Origin: Minisyncoccota bacterium
GTDB lineage: Bacteria > Patescibacteriota > Minisyncoccia > UBA6257 > GWB1-50-10
DNA length: 64,000 nt
Reading direction: 5' to 3'
Assembly: GCA_041659005.1 (NCBI GenBank)
Contig: JBAZZD010000001.1
Coordinates: 16,366 to 80,365, forward strand
Shown: one piece after another, positions 19,101-26,928 of the stretch
Position numbering within the stretch: position 1 is the stretch's first letter
Layout: each line of letters opens with the position of its first letter
Translations under genes and position numbers: made by a program
The notes under the pieces: model-generated
Databases searched by the model: none
Told to the model about the DNA's origin: nothing
The model's input: the letters and a program-made list of their open reading frames with translations, nothing else

Positions 19101-20027
19101 TAAATTATAATTATCTACCCGCTGCGAATCCGCTAAATTCTTAACAATTTCTTTCCCAGAACTGCGACAAGACAAGACAACCTTTAACTTTCCAGGAGAA
19201 AATGTCTTAGTGTGAGCAATTAATTTTCTTGTATCGTCTAAATATCTTTCAGCGTCATCTAGAAATATCAAGGAATTCTTTTCGTGATCTAACTCATTGA
19301 TAGCTTCGTTAATATCTCTAATCCCAGGTCGACAAAACCATGTTTGAATACCTGGCCATAAAGAATCGCCATTTTTTCCAGATTCTACAATAAAATGTGT
19401 TTTTCCATAGCCACCTCCAGAATGAACAATAAGAAGATTAGATGTATTTTTTTGTATAAATTCCTTTAAAATATTTACTGATTCTTCTCGGCCGACAAAA
19501 ACTCCTTTAAGAAGCGGCTCTGATTCGGCGAATACATGAGCTGGAACGAATGTTGGTTCTTGGGGATCGCCAAAGTAGTTATGCCTTAATAGCGGATATT
19601 GAGTTGTTTTACTTTCTAAGTTGGCTCGCGGCCAAATAAATAACTGATCGACGAATTTTTTATTTTCGTTTAGCTTCTCAAGTTTACCTATATGATCGTC
19701 GGTGCCTATTCTCAAATCAGCATTTGTCGCAACCAGTAAAAAATTCACTTTATTCTTCTTTGCCTTTTCTAACTCCTTTTTAATCTCTCTCTGTAATTGT
19801 TTATAGGCTGCCTCAAGATTATGTTTGGTCCATTTCGCTTGGAAATTCCAAACACCCTTAAGACCCATATATGGTCCGTCATAACGCCCATCCCAACCGC
19901 CATCTGCTCCAATTTCCGGATTGCTTGAGAGAAAAGCGGGGTGGTTAATTTCTAATGCAAAAAGATCGTTTACTAAACGTTGGAAGTCTCTATCATTATT
20001 GATTTTATTCCAATCTAGGTTTTTCAT
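16170..20027 (-). CDS. Large defense-like protein: N-terminal Mrr-like restriction endonuclease domain + P-loop (STAND-like) NTPase + long helical-repeat C-terminus (Avs-like architecture)
   Basis: N-terminus GADGGWDGRYDG..FQAKW (Mrr_cat-like PD-(D/E)xK). Walker A LIVHSGGGYGKTHF. Walker B LIFLDDAERY. About 950 aa of helical repeats. Start overlaps the res stop (ATGA). Confidence 0.6.
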   Translation of the reverse strand: MKNLDWNKINNDRDFQRLVNDLFALEINHPAFLSSNPEIGADGGWDGRYDGPYMGLKGVWNFQAKWTKHNLEAAYKQLQREIKKELEKAKKNKVNFLLVATNADLRIGTDDHIGKLEKLNENKKFVDQLFIWPRANLESKTTQYPLLRHNYFGDPQEPTFVPAHVFAESEPLLKGVFVGREESVNILKEFIQKNTSNLLIVHSGGGYGKTHFIVESGKNGDSLWPGIQTWFCRPGIRDINEAINELDHEKNSLIFLDDAERYLDDTRKLIAHTKTFSPGKLKVVLSCRSSGKEIVKNLADSQRVDNYNLLELPHLSEKELIEILNLAADSKKINHPERIVKELNGNLFLIITTGKLIKGGDLNPSQVKKQIKDNLDQETVNALKGVLDERNSKAFLRELSIIVPFSKEKRGNNVLDKLATVLELKVDLINEALNKLIEAKILRVVGASIRFNPDMKGDIYLSVELDKENGKDLANEMFENWLSIYPKQLTANLAAASRHKDTNSANEAVKELFQKWINETSETSDSSKSKILELAASIAFLAPEEAISLVYAYVNSSNTQNSYGLNRDTYGPVIYHVLHVPGFEKAILKLILYLAQKDLKGTYDNYKPASLIKQAISPIEVNIASATQSLKELLDWVSKGNCTELEARLASDGVLESLSGSHEHRESYGNQITFGRRILRYEGIYKKPVDEFRDVGMDVLKKLVLHSNDKIKKIGVEIVDDIGHEATSTSDDFWKRILSDKTKAIEWLEKLISETSSHEVLSSIEDVLVRYWANNNIYLDLSDKIAGILRNFPRSMEYIIFRYFVAHDLIISDFKKIESGAPESDRWSWLVHNHFRLHDFPQEELDEVVKRLSNKYKSRAEIIKYLYELENEVKGITQWQTIPLVETWSKFNNQSFIEIVDDENLLSSVPNRFHLGIYRVASDRDKQYIMKYASRILGDLNNLQRQAVDNLLDLIIRHNVSTAEFMPWISQIIEKADDYLKNLILHRSYFIFKDRDQTEKNQVVNILEQSLSGVVNSNVLDMFDFLVHNAVNWNLPSGDLDKIRKKLFEIIKDIPSVDYHTDDLLKFALNGDLDQFIELVEYRLKKQSEYFKNRGAEKFDAIPFDGFRSATELIKNYDDFAKLMDKINFWRNEELLFSFDIDGFLGKSIGGHDSEHGDYLLHYIGDKIKTGDAESLKIATNAFFGISFGADTIDLFLNFLMAAEKAGVLDEAKDVFTHQVISGSYSSTVGQAPPALVNKKEALEKISAKCQPGVIKNYVDSLTGSIADDIKRHLDEGEELISPKS

Positions 20028-22387
20028 AATTCAAGTGCCATCCATTCTTTCCAATCATCCTGTTCGCATTTCTCCCAATCATAAATAGCCTTGTCGCTGA
20101 TGTGCCAGGCACGATTGCGTTCAATGACAATACCGCCGAAAAGCTTCTTGTTTTTCTGATCGGCAATGTATTTCTGCAAAGCTTCGGCTTTAGCTTTGGT
20201 GTAGGTTATACCGTCCCGATCACCGGAGTCTTTGACTTCAAACAAACCGATTCGACCGTCGGCAAACTTCACTAAATAGTCCGGGTAGAACGTATAGATG
20301 CCTCCGGCATATTCGTACTTTATGCCAAAGTAATCCTGCTTATTCTCTCCATTTTTCCACCACCAATCAATCTTAGAGGCGTTGTCGTTCAAGAATGACT
20401 CAAACTCACGTTCTGGCTTTGAGCGATCCACATTGAGATAACACGGATCATAAGCATACTTTTTCGCTTTTACGATTTCATCGGTGTACTCGTTATAAAA
20501 CTGCTCAGGCTGAAGCTCAAAAGGATATCGCTGTTCGCTTTCCTCGATACGCTCTCGGACTTCCTGCTCTTTAACAGCCTTATAGTTATCAATCGCCGTA
20601 GCCAGTACGTGCTCAAAGTAGCCACGATTTTTATCGTGCAAGAAAACCTTCTGCGCCATGAGCATATTTTCCTCACCCCAGCTCTTTGAGCCGAGCACCC
20701 CCTGAAACCAGAGATAGATGGCCGCTTTAACCGACGGGACCGAACGCTTCACGTTCTTGAAAGGTCCGAGATTGTTTTTAATGGTCTGCTCAAAAAAGAC
20801 CATGAGCTCGTCGGCCGCCACCTGAAGCTTGGCAAAACCTTCGGCACCGAGCTTACCCTCAAGCTCATCAAAACTTTTTATATCCAAATGCGTATCGGCG
20901 ATAATTTCTTGCTGATACTTCTTGATATTGAGATCAACGCCCTTGCTCTCAACTTTCTTGGCGTTCTCCGCTGGTTTATTTTTGCGTGATACGCCAAAGT
21001 ATTTATTGGCTGTTTCTTCAAAGACATCGTGGAAGCTGGATGTGACATCGCCATAATCCGCTCGAGCTTTGTAGTACGACTCTATCTTGAGCGATTTGTA
21101 ATCCTTTGTGCGTCCAGCTCGCAAATGCTTGATGATGTTCGGATTGTATTCTTCCTTTTTAACTTCGATTGATTTGAGATTGGTATAGATATAACCACGA
21201 TTGAGCATTTCGTGTCCGTAGTGTCGCTGTTCCGGCATACGCAAAATACGGCCAACAGTTTGGATTTCAAAGACGATATTATGTGTCTCTCGAAACTTCA
21301 CAAGAATGTGTGCTCGAGGACAATCCCAGCCGGTATCAATGGCTTGCTTGAAAATAAGAAATTCAATCTCGTTATCCGGCTCGGCGATCCAATCAATAAG
21401 CTCTGACTTCTGTTCGGCCAGCCAGATAGCCAGCTTGCCGTTGCCGTGCCCATCTTTACGTTCAACGATACTCTTACCAGCCAGAAATTTCTTCACTGCT
21501 TCGATCTTTTGGTCACCAGCTTCTGCGGTAGGAATCTGTACCAGAACCAAAGGATTGATATGTGATCCTTCTTTTTCAAATACCTTTTTAAGTTCTAGAC
21601 GCTTACGATAGGCGGCCTCGAGTACAGCTGATTGTGAGTCATCTTCGGAAGCGGCGATTTTCTCTATATCCTCGTTGATGATGATTTCTTTCTTAATCAT
21701 ACCTTCGTCAATCACATCTTTCGGCTCGACTATGACATAGCCAGCACCGCCTCGAGCCAGTTCCTGGGTAAAACCGAGCTCCTGCTGTGGCCGACGGGGA
21801 GTAGCGGACATTTCGATCACAATATCTGCACCGATAAGGTCGCGGAGCTCATTTGCCCGGGCTGTGTCAGCACTTACGTGGCTCTCATCAATAATAAGAA
21901 TGATTTTACGTTGCTCTCTGGTCTTCTCGAGCACATCCCGAAAATTTAACTTCTCGCCGTCTTTCATGACCAAGTTTTTCCAATCTCCGGATTCACGTTC
22001 CTTGCTTCGAAGTTTTTCCCAGTTGGCGACCACGACTTCGTTTTGCACGATCCGTTCACGCCCACCGCTAAAGGCATTCTCGACAGATGTAACTCGAGGG
22101 AAACCAGCGAATACCTTTTCGAGCGAATGTTTGCTCTGTAAATGAAGCTCACCCTTACCGATACTCATCCAAACAAAGCAAAAATCTTCTTTGGGGAGTT
22201 CTTTGATAATACCCTCGATGTACTTAGCCATCATGATGGTCTTACCCGAACCAGTGGGAGATTGAAAGACGCACACTTCGCCCGGGCCGTCATAACCCAA
22301 AAGCTTGACCGTTGTTTCGATCAGCTGATTAACGGCTTTTTCTTGATAAGGTTTAAGATCAATATTCATAAATTTGTTTATATACAT
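20024..22387 (-). CDS. res: Type III restriction enzyme Res subunit (SF2 helicase + endonuclease)
   Basis: Walker A FQSPTGSGKT and IIDESH (DEAH-like) box. Overlaps mod by 29 nt. Confidence 0.75.
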   Translation of the reverse strand: MYINKFMNIDLKPYQEKAVNQLIETTVKLLGYDGPGEVCVFQSPTGSGKTIMMAKYIEGIIKELPKEDFCFVWMSIGKGELHLQSKHSLEKVFAGFPRVTSVENAFSGGRERIVQNEVVVANWEKLRSKERESGDWKNLVMKDGEKLNFRDVLEKTREQRKIILIIDESHVSADTARANELRDLIGADIVIEMSATPRRPQQELGFTQELARGGAGYVIVEPKDVIDEGMIKKEIIINEDIEKIAASEDDSQSAVLEAAYRKRLELKKVFEKEGSHINPLVLVQIPTAEAGDQKIEAVKKFLAGKSIVERKDGHGNGKLAIWLAEQKSELIDWIAEPDNEIEFLIFKQAIDTGWDCPRAHILVKFRETHNIVFEIQTVGRILRMPEQRHYGHEMLNRGYIYTNLKSIEVKKEEYNPNIIKHLRAGRTKDYKSLKIESYYKARADYGDVTSSFHDVFEETANKYFGVSRKNKPAENAKKVESKGVDLNIKKYQQEIIADTHLDIKSFDELEGKLGAEGFAKLQVAADELMVFFEQTIKNNLGPFKNVKRSVPSVKAAIYLWFQGVLGSKSWGEENMLMAQKVFLHDKNRGYFEHVLATAIDNYKAVKEQEVRERIEESEQRYPFELQPEQFYNEYTDEIVKAKKYAYDPCYLNVDRSKPEREFESFLNDNASKIDWWWKNGENKQDYFGIKYEYAGGIYTFYPDYLVKFADGRIGLFEVKDSGDRDGITYTKAKAEALQKYIADQKNKKLFGGIVIERNRAWHISDKAIYDWEKCEQDDWKEWMALEL

Positions 22388-24089
22388 CTAATATCTTTTG
22401 AGGAATGGGTTCGAGCGTAACACCATGCCAGTTAGCGAACTCTGTTTTTGAAAGACCTGTGGCATCGAGCGTGAAGCAGTAAAGTATTTTCTCACCATCA
22501 ATTTCCTTTAGCTCTTTTTTCAAGGCGGGCAATGATTTACGGTCCAAAGAATAGTAAACAGCCAGCGTTTTATTGCCTTGTTGGAATATACGATAGTGAT
22601 CGGTCTTTTTTACTTCATCAAACACGCCTTCTCGCAAACAAAGCATCTCGGTGCATTCCTGTGTAATCCGTATCTTAAAGTCATCGCCGTTGGCGTTCTT
22701 TTTTACGAATTTTGTCTTGAAATATTTAAGAGAGCCACCCGTACCCGGCACTTTTACATTTTCAGAATTTTTATATCCTCCAGATACATTTTTCAGTCGA
22801 GGATAGCAAACTTCCGTACAAATATTGCCCTCGTCATTAGTACAAAGTATAAATTCTCTTTTTCCACCGTCCTGATTAAGTTCAAGAACTGCGTGACCCG
22901 TAGTACCTGAACCGGCAAAAAAATCGAGAACAATCCCGTCTTTTTTGATGGAGAGATTGATACATTTTTTAATTAGCTCAACTGATTTAGGGAAGTCAAA
23001 AAGATGCTGATGAAACATACTTTTCAAAACCTCTTTCCCGTTTTCGTTGTTTATGTTTTTATCTAACCATAAAGCTTTTTCTTTGGTTGTAGCTGTTTCT
23101 CCATTCTGCTTTATAAGACGATCTTTTCTATAGACTCGCCAAGCACCTGTTGAAACCTTTTTACCGACAAGATCAGTTATTTCCTTGGCGACTTTTTCTT
23201 TACCCCATGTCCAGCAACCGTCTTCGTTTTTAGAGTTGCGTGGGTAGACCTCAACATAGCCTTTCTTGTTAGTTAAAGAAACTACACCATTTTTTAAATC
23301 AACAAAAAGTGGGTAATAAAGATTTGGTCGGTTCTTTCGATTAAAGACAGGGTTACGATTTCTTAATTCCAAGAGACGATATTTCCCTTTCTCGTCCTCT
23401 TTATCATATTCGGCCAGCATTTCCTCACCTTTAGTAGGTTCTATAATTTGTGCAATGTTAAAATCCTTGGCGAAAACTAAAATATATTCAAAAGTTTTTG
23501 CGAAATGTTTATCAAGCGTTCTGCCTCGCGGATTTAGTTGGACAACAAGTTGAGCAATAAAGTTTTTCTCTCCAAAAATATCATCACATAATAGTTTAAG
23601 GTGCGAGACTTCATTGTCGTCTATGCTAATGAAAATAACCCCGGAGTCCTTAAGTAGGTTTTTTGCGAGCTGAATTCTCTTTGCCATAAAAGAGAGCCAT
23701 TTACTGTGCCGATATGCATCTTCTCTGTCGACGTAATTGTCATTATATTTAAAGTCCTTGTTGCCCGTGTTATACGGCGGATCAATATAGATCACATCAA
23801 CCTTACCTTGATGCGTAAAATTCAAAACTGAGAGAGCATGATAATTATCTCCCTCGATCAAAATATTAACCGGCCTGGACGGGTCCTTGTCAGTAATTTC
23901 CTTAGAACCGATTTCTTTTAGTACCGGTAAAGCATTCTCTGCATCTTTCTCAAATTGTTCTTTGACTTTTTCCTCATCCCAAATAAGCCCGTACTTCTTT
24001 CGGGACTCCAACTTCTCAACAATTTTGACTAACTCTTCTTTGCTGAGTTGGGAGTAGTCTTTTCCATTTTTGGCGATTTCCTTTTGCAT
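22359..24089 (-). CDS. mod: Type III R-M DNA methyltransferase Mod subunit (N6A/N4C beta-class)
   Basis: Motif IV IYIDPPYNTGN and motif I VLDFFAGSGTTGHAV. Confidence 0.8.
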   Translation of the reverse strand: MQKEIAKNGKDYSQLSKEELVKIVEKLESRKKYGLIWDEEKVKEQFEKDAENALPVLKEIGSKEITDKDPSRPVNILIEGDNYHALSVLNFTHQGKVDVIYIDPPYNTGNKDFKYNDNYVDREDAYRHSKWLSFMAKRIQLAKNLLKDSGVIFISIDDNEVSHLKLLCDDIFGEKNFIAQLVVQLNPRGRTLDKHFAKTFEYILVFAKDFNIAQIIEPTKGEEMLAEYDKEDEKGKYRLLELRNRNPVFNRKNRPNLYYPLFVDLKNGVVSLTNKKGYVEVYPRNSKNEDGCWTWGKEKVAKEITDLVGKKVSTGAWRVYRKDRLIKQNGETATTKEKALWLDKNINNENGKEVLKSMFHQHLFDFPKSVELIKKCINLSIKKDGIVLDFFAGSGTTGHAVLELNQDGGKREFILCTNDEGNICTEVCYPRLKNVSGGYKNSENVKVPGTGGSLKYFKTKFVKKNANGDDFKIRITQECTEMLCLREGVFDEVKKTDHYRIFQQGNKTLAVYYSLDRKSLPALKKELKEIDGEKILYCFTLDATGLSKTEFANWHGVTLEPIPQKILDVYKQIYEY

Positions 24090-24095
24090 AAAATT

Positions 24096-24287
24096 TTATT
24101 TCTTCTTACGTTTAACATTGCTCGTGTCCTCAAGAAAAGCATTTAGGTCCGACTGCTTGATCCGCCAGACTCCGAGCTTGGATGCTTTAAGCCGGCCGGC
24201 TTCGATGTACCGTGTGACCGTGCGTGTATGCACTCGTAAAATTTTAGCGACTTCCTCAATCGTAAAAAGTTTTTCGATTTCGTTCAT
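24096..24287 (-). CDS. Excisionase-family/MerR-like HTH DNA-binding protein
   Basis: 63 aa. LFTIEEVAKILRVHTRTVTRYIEAGRLKASKLG matches the Xis-family HTH. Immediately upstream of mod. Confidence 0.7.
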   Translation of the reverse strand: MNEIEKLFTIEEVAKILRVHTRTVTRYIEAGRLKASKLGVWRIKQSDLNAFLEDTSNVKRKKK

Positions 24288-24400
24288 AAAAATATATTAG
24301 TCGTTGATACCATTTTACCGCTTCTGCTTTTCGTTGTCAAAAACGCCGTCTTTTGTCATAATGAGCTTAACAACAAAAAGAGCACACTGTTTTAACAATA

Positions 24401-24470
24401 AGGATATCACTATATCACTCTGTTGATATAGTAAGTGGCTTTACTATCTCAGTTGATTGATATAGTAAAT
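24401..24470. repeat. Iteron/operator-like cluster of short direct and inverted repeats
   Basis: GATATCACTATATCAC. Two copies of TTGATATAGTAA and its inverse TTACTATCTCA within 70 bp. Confidence 0.4.
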
Positions 24471-24618
24471 TTAGTGAATGCCAATGCAACAAAAGTGTAT
24501 TACTGTCGAAAAGTGAACTGGAAAGGACTTTAAACACCCTTTCCAGTTAAAAAACGAAGCTGAACTCCATTAACTTCTTGTCAGCTTTTGTCAGATCAGC
24601 TGTCCACAGAAATGGGTG

Positions 24619-24648
24619 TTGACGGTCCCTAGAGAAATCCGCTAAAAT
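24619..24648 (+). promoter_or_regulatory. Sigma70-like promoter candidate
   Basis: TTGACG (24619-24624), 18-bp spacer, TAAAAT (24643-24648). Confidence 0.35.
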
Positions 24649-24654
24649 ATACAT

Positions 24655-24790
24655 ATCAGAGTTAGTTGGTCTGACGGCGACTGAATTCTCAGTCTAAACG
24701 TGACGGGACTACGACTACTGTTATCAGCACTGCCATTTGGTGTGTGCATTTGATGACAAGAGTCGTGGTCCCGTTTTTTGTTTTCCAGCT
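24655..24790 (+). ncRNA. Candidate small RNA (promoter to strong intrinsic terminator, no ORF)
   Basis: Internal hairpin GACTGAattcTCAGTC. Terminal 14-bp stem ACGGGACTACGACT/AGTCGTGGTCCCGT (24703-24774) followed by TTTTTTGTTTT. Confidence 0.3.
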
Positions 24791-24895
24791 CGCTCTGCTG
24801 ATAAATAATTTCCCTCTGAGGCTAAGGTGCCTCGATTAGACCGACGAATTTGATTAGACGGATAAAGGCTAGCTCCCGGCAGGGGCCAGCCTTTT

Positions 24896-25096
24896 ATGTT
24901 GCCCCAAGAAGCAATCCAAGAATTTAAAACACTGTACGAAAAACGCTACGGCGTAAAGCTCTCCGATGAGGAGGCTGCTTTGCGCGCGAATAATCTTTTC
25001 AAACTTTACAAGATCACCTACATGGGTGAGCCAAACATCGACGACTTCAAAGAAAAAGTAGTGAAAAGCCATGACCTCAACACCAACCACAATTAG
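24896..25096 (+). CDS. Hypothetical small protein
   Basis: 66-aa ORF in the GC-rich segment. No family recognised. Confidence 0.3.
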   Translation: MLPQEAIQEFKTLYEKRYGVKLSDEEAALRANNLFKLYKITYMGEPNIDDFKEKVVKSHDLNTNHN

Positions 25097-25379
25097 CGAA
25101 ATACAGTTCTACCCGGTTAAACCCCAGGACGGCCTCCTTGGGTTTGTTTCGTTTGTCCTGGACAGCAAATTCTGGATGGGATCGGTGGCTGTTTTCTCCA
25201 GGCGCGAGGGCGGATACCGGCTTGTGTATCCAACACGCAAAGTTGCCGGACAAAACATTAATATTTTTCATCCAATTAACCACGAAGTCGGCATCCTGGT
25301 CGAAAAAGCCGTCAGTGAAAAAGTAGCTGAAATATTTAGTGAATCATATGAACAAACCGAACCGGACAACACGTGGTAA
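25071..25379 (+). CDS. SpoVG-family protein
   Basis: ISEIQFYPV..DGLLGFVSFVLD..F.....V....EGGYRLVYPTRK....INIFHPIN..VG..VEKAV aligns with the conserved SpoVG core (..HPIN..). Confidence 0.6.
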   Translation: MTSTPTTISEIQFYPVKPQDGLLGFVSFVLDSKFWMGSVAVFSRREGGYRLVYPTRKVAGQNINIFHPINHEVGILVEKAVSEKVAEIFSESYEQTEPDNTW

Positions 25380-25779
25380 AAGCTTAAATTTCTTTCCGGC
25401 TCCTCACCTGGTCTTCGATGACGACCGGCTGAAGAATTCGCTCACGCACGCCGAGCGGGATTTTCTCATGGTTATCTGCCACCTCTCAAACCGCTATGCA
25501 AATGCAGCCGGCTGGTTTTGGCATACCGATCGATTGTTTACCACGCGCGAAGACAAGGAGCGCGGGTTCGCTTCGTTTGGGTTTAGCAGATCAACATGCC
25601 GCCGGGTGAGAAAGAAGCTTGCCGGTCTTGGACTGATAGAAACCAGACCGGGAACATCGGAACGTGGCCGGTGGGCCGGAACTTTGTATCGCCTTAACCC
25701 CAGACTTCTCCAGCCTGCCGGGGTTCATAATGAAGCACGGTCAGGTGTCTTAGAGAATCATGGCCCGGGTCCACCATGA
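25339..25779 (+). CDS. Hypothetical protein with winged-helix-like C-terminal region
   Basis: CRRVRKKLAGLGLIETR resembles a wHTH recognition helix/wing. GC-rich codon usage. True start uncertain (overlaps SpoVG-like ORF). Confidence 0.35.
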   Translation: MNHMNKPNRTTRGKSLNFFPAPHLVFDDDRLKNSLTHAERDFLMVICHLSNRYANAAGWFWHTDRLFTTREDKERGFASFGFSRSTCRRVRKKLAGLGLIETRPGTSERGRWAGTLYRLNPRLLQPAGVHNEARSGVLENHGPGPP

Positions 25780-26063
25780 AGCACTTAGTAATAAAGATTG
25801 AGTAAGAAAGAAACAATAAGAGAGCTTAAATAAAGCGAGATGGCTCGTCAAAAATTAAAAAATAGGGGTTGGGCAAAGCTTGGGTGAAACTTGGGCAGAT
25901 TTTCGAGAAGATAACCAAATAAAAGGCGAACAAAATCGGTACAAGAATAGATACCCAACCTGTAAATAAAGGCGTAAAATGTAAGTAATTAAGTGTTTGA
26001 CTTCTTTCGACCTTAGGACCATGTTGTGCTTAGGTCGAGAAAATAATTAATGAAAACAATCAT

Positions 26064-26927
26064 ATGACAAACAAAGCCAAAATAACCACCGTAATCGCCC
26101 TTGTAGCGGTCTTTGGTGCAGGATTCGGGGTTTATTACCTTCTAGGAAACAAAGCACCGCGCGGAGGCACGAATACAGACGTAGCCTCAATTACGACATT
26201 CGAGCAATGCTCTGAGGCCGGTTACCCGATCGTTAAGCATTATCCAGATCAGTGCAAAACTCCGGACGGTAGAATTTTTGTAAACGACAATCCTCCAAGC
26301 CAAACAGAGCTTGTGAAAGCCGAGCAAACAATTCGAACGTTCATGGGAGAGCTGAATCTGGAGTTGCAATACACCGGACAAAATAATCATCCCACGAATT
26401 TTGCCGTCTTAAGCAACGTTAAACAGAACGACGGCGGATTTACGGCCGACAATCCCGAAGAATGGGACCGGCCGGTCTACATCTTCCAGCAAACAGATTA
26501 CATCAACGACCGCTGCGAAGTTTATCAATATCAGGTAACGCAAAAAACGAATCAGGTCGTGGAAATCGGAATTGTCTATCCGATAGAACGCAACGCTACC
26601 ACGCCAGGTAATTGCCCTGGTAACGGATCGCTGGAAACTCCGCTGAAGACCAAAGCTGAAATCGAACAAATTGCCTTCGCTTATTTCGGCAGAGACCCGG
26701 AACACACGAAATTCATGCTTCGCTCCGACATCCAGCTTAAATACATCTCAAGCAAACCAGGCGCAGCAAACCCGGCTGCCAATGAATGGCAATGGGAAGA
26801 CAAAAACGCCTCACTGCCGGACGGACTGACCGGCGATCCGTGGCAGCACCCGATTGCCAGAATCATAATATCAAGTGGCGGTAAACTGATTTACTATCTG
26901 AACACCACCGACTTATTCCAAAACTAA
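26064..26927 (+). CDS. Secreted/membrane-anchored hypothetical protein
   Basis: N-terminal TM/signal (ITTVIALVAVFGAGFGVYYLL). GC-rich. No family recognised. Confidence 0.5.
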   Translation: MTNKAKITTVIALVAVFGAGFGVYYLLGNKAPRGGTNTDVASITTFEQCSEAGYPIVKHYPDQCKTPDGRIFVNDNPPSQTELVKAEQTIRTFMGELNLELQYTGQNNHPTNFAVLSNVKQNDGGFTADNPEEWDRPVYIFQQTDYINDRCEVYQYQVTQKTNQVVEIGIVYPIERNATTPGNCPGNGSLETPLKTKAEIEQIAFAYFGRDPEHTKFMLRSDIQLKYISSKPGAANPAANEWQWEDKNASLPDGLTGDPWQHPIARIIISSGGKLIYYLNTTDLFQN

Positions 26928-26928
26928 T

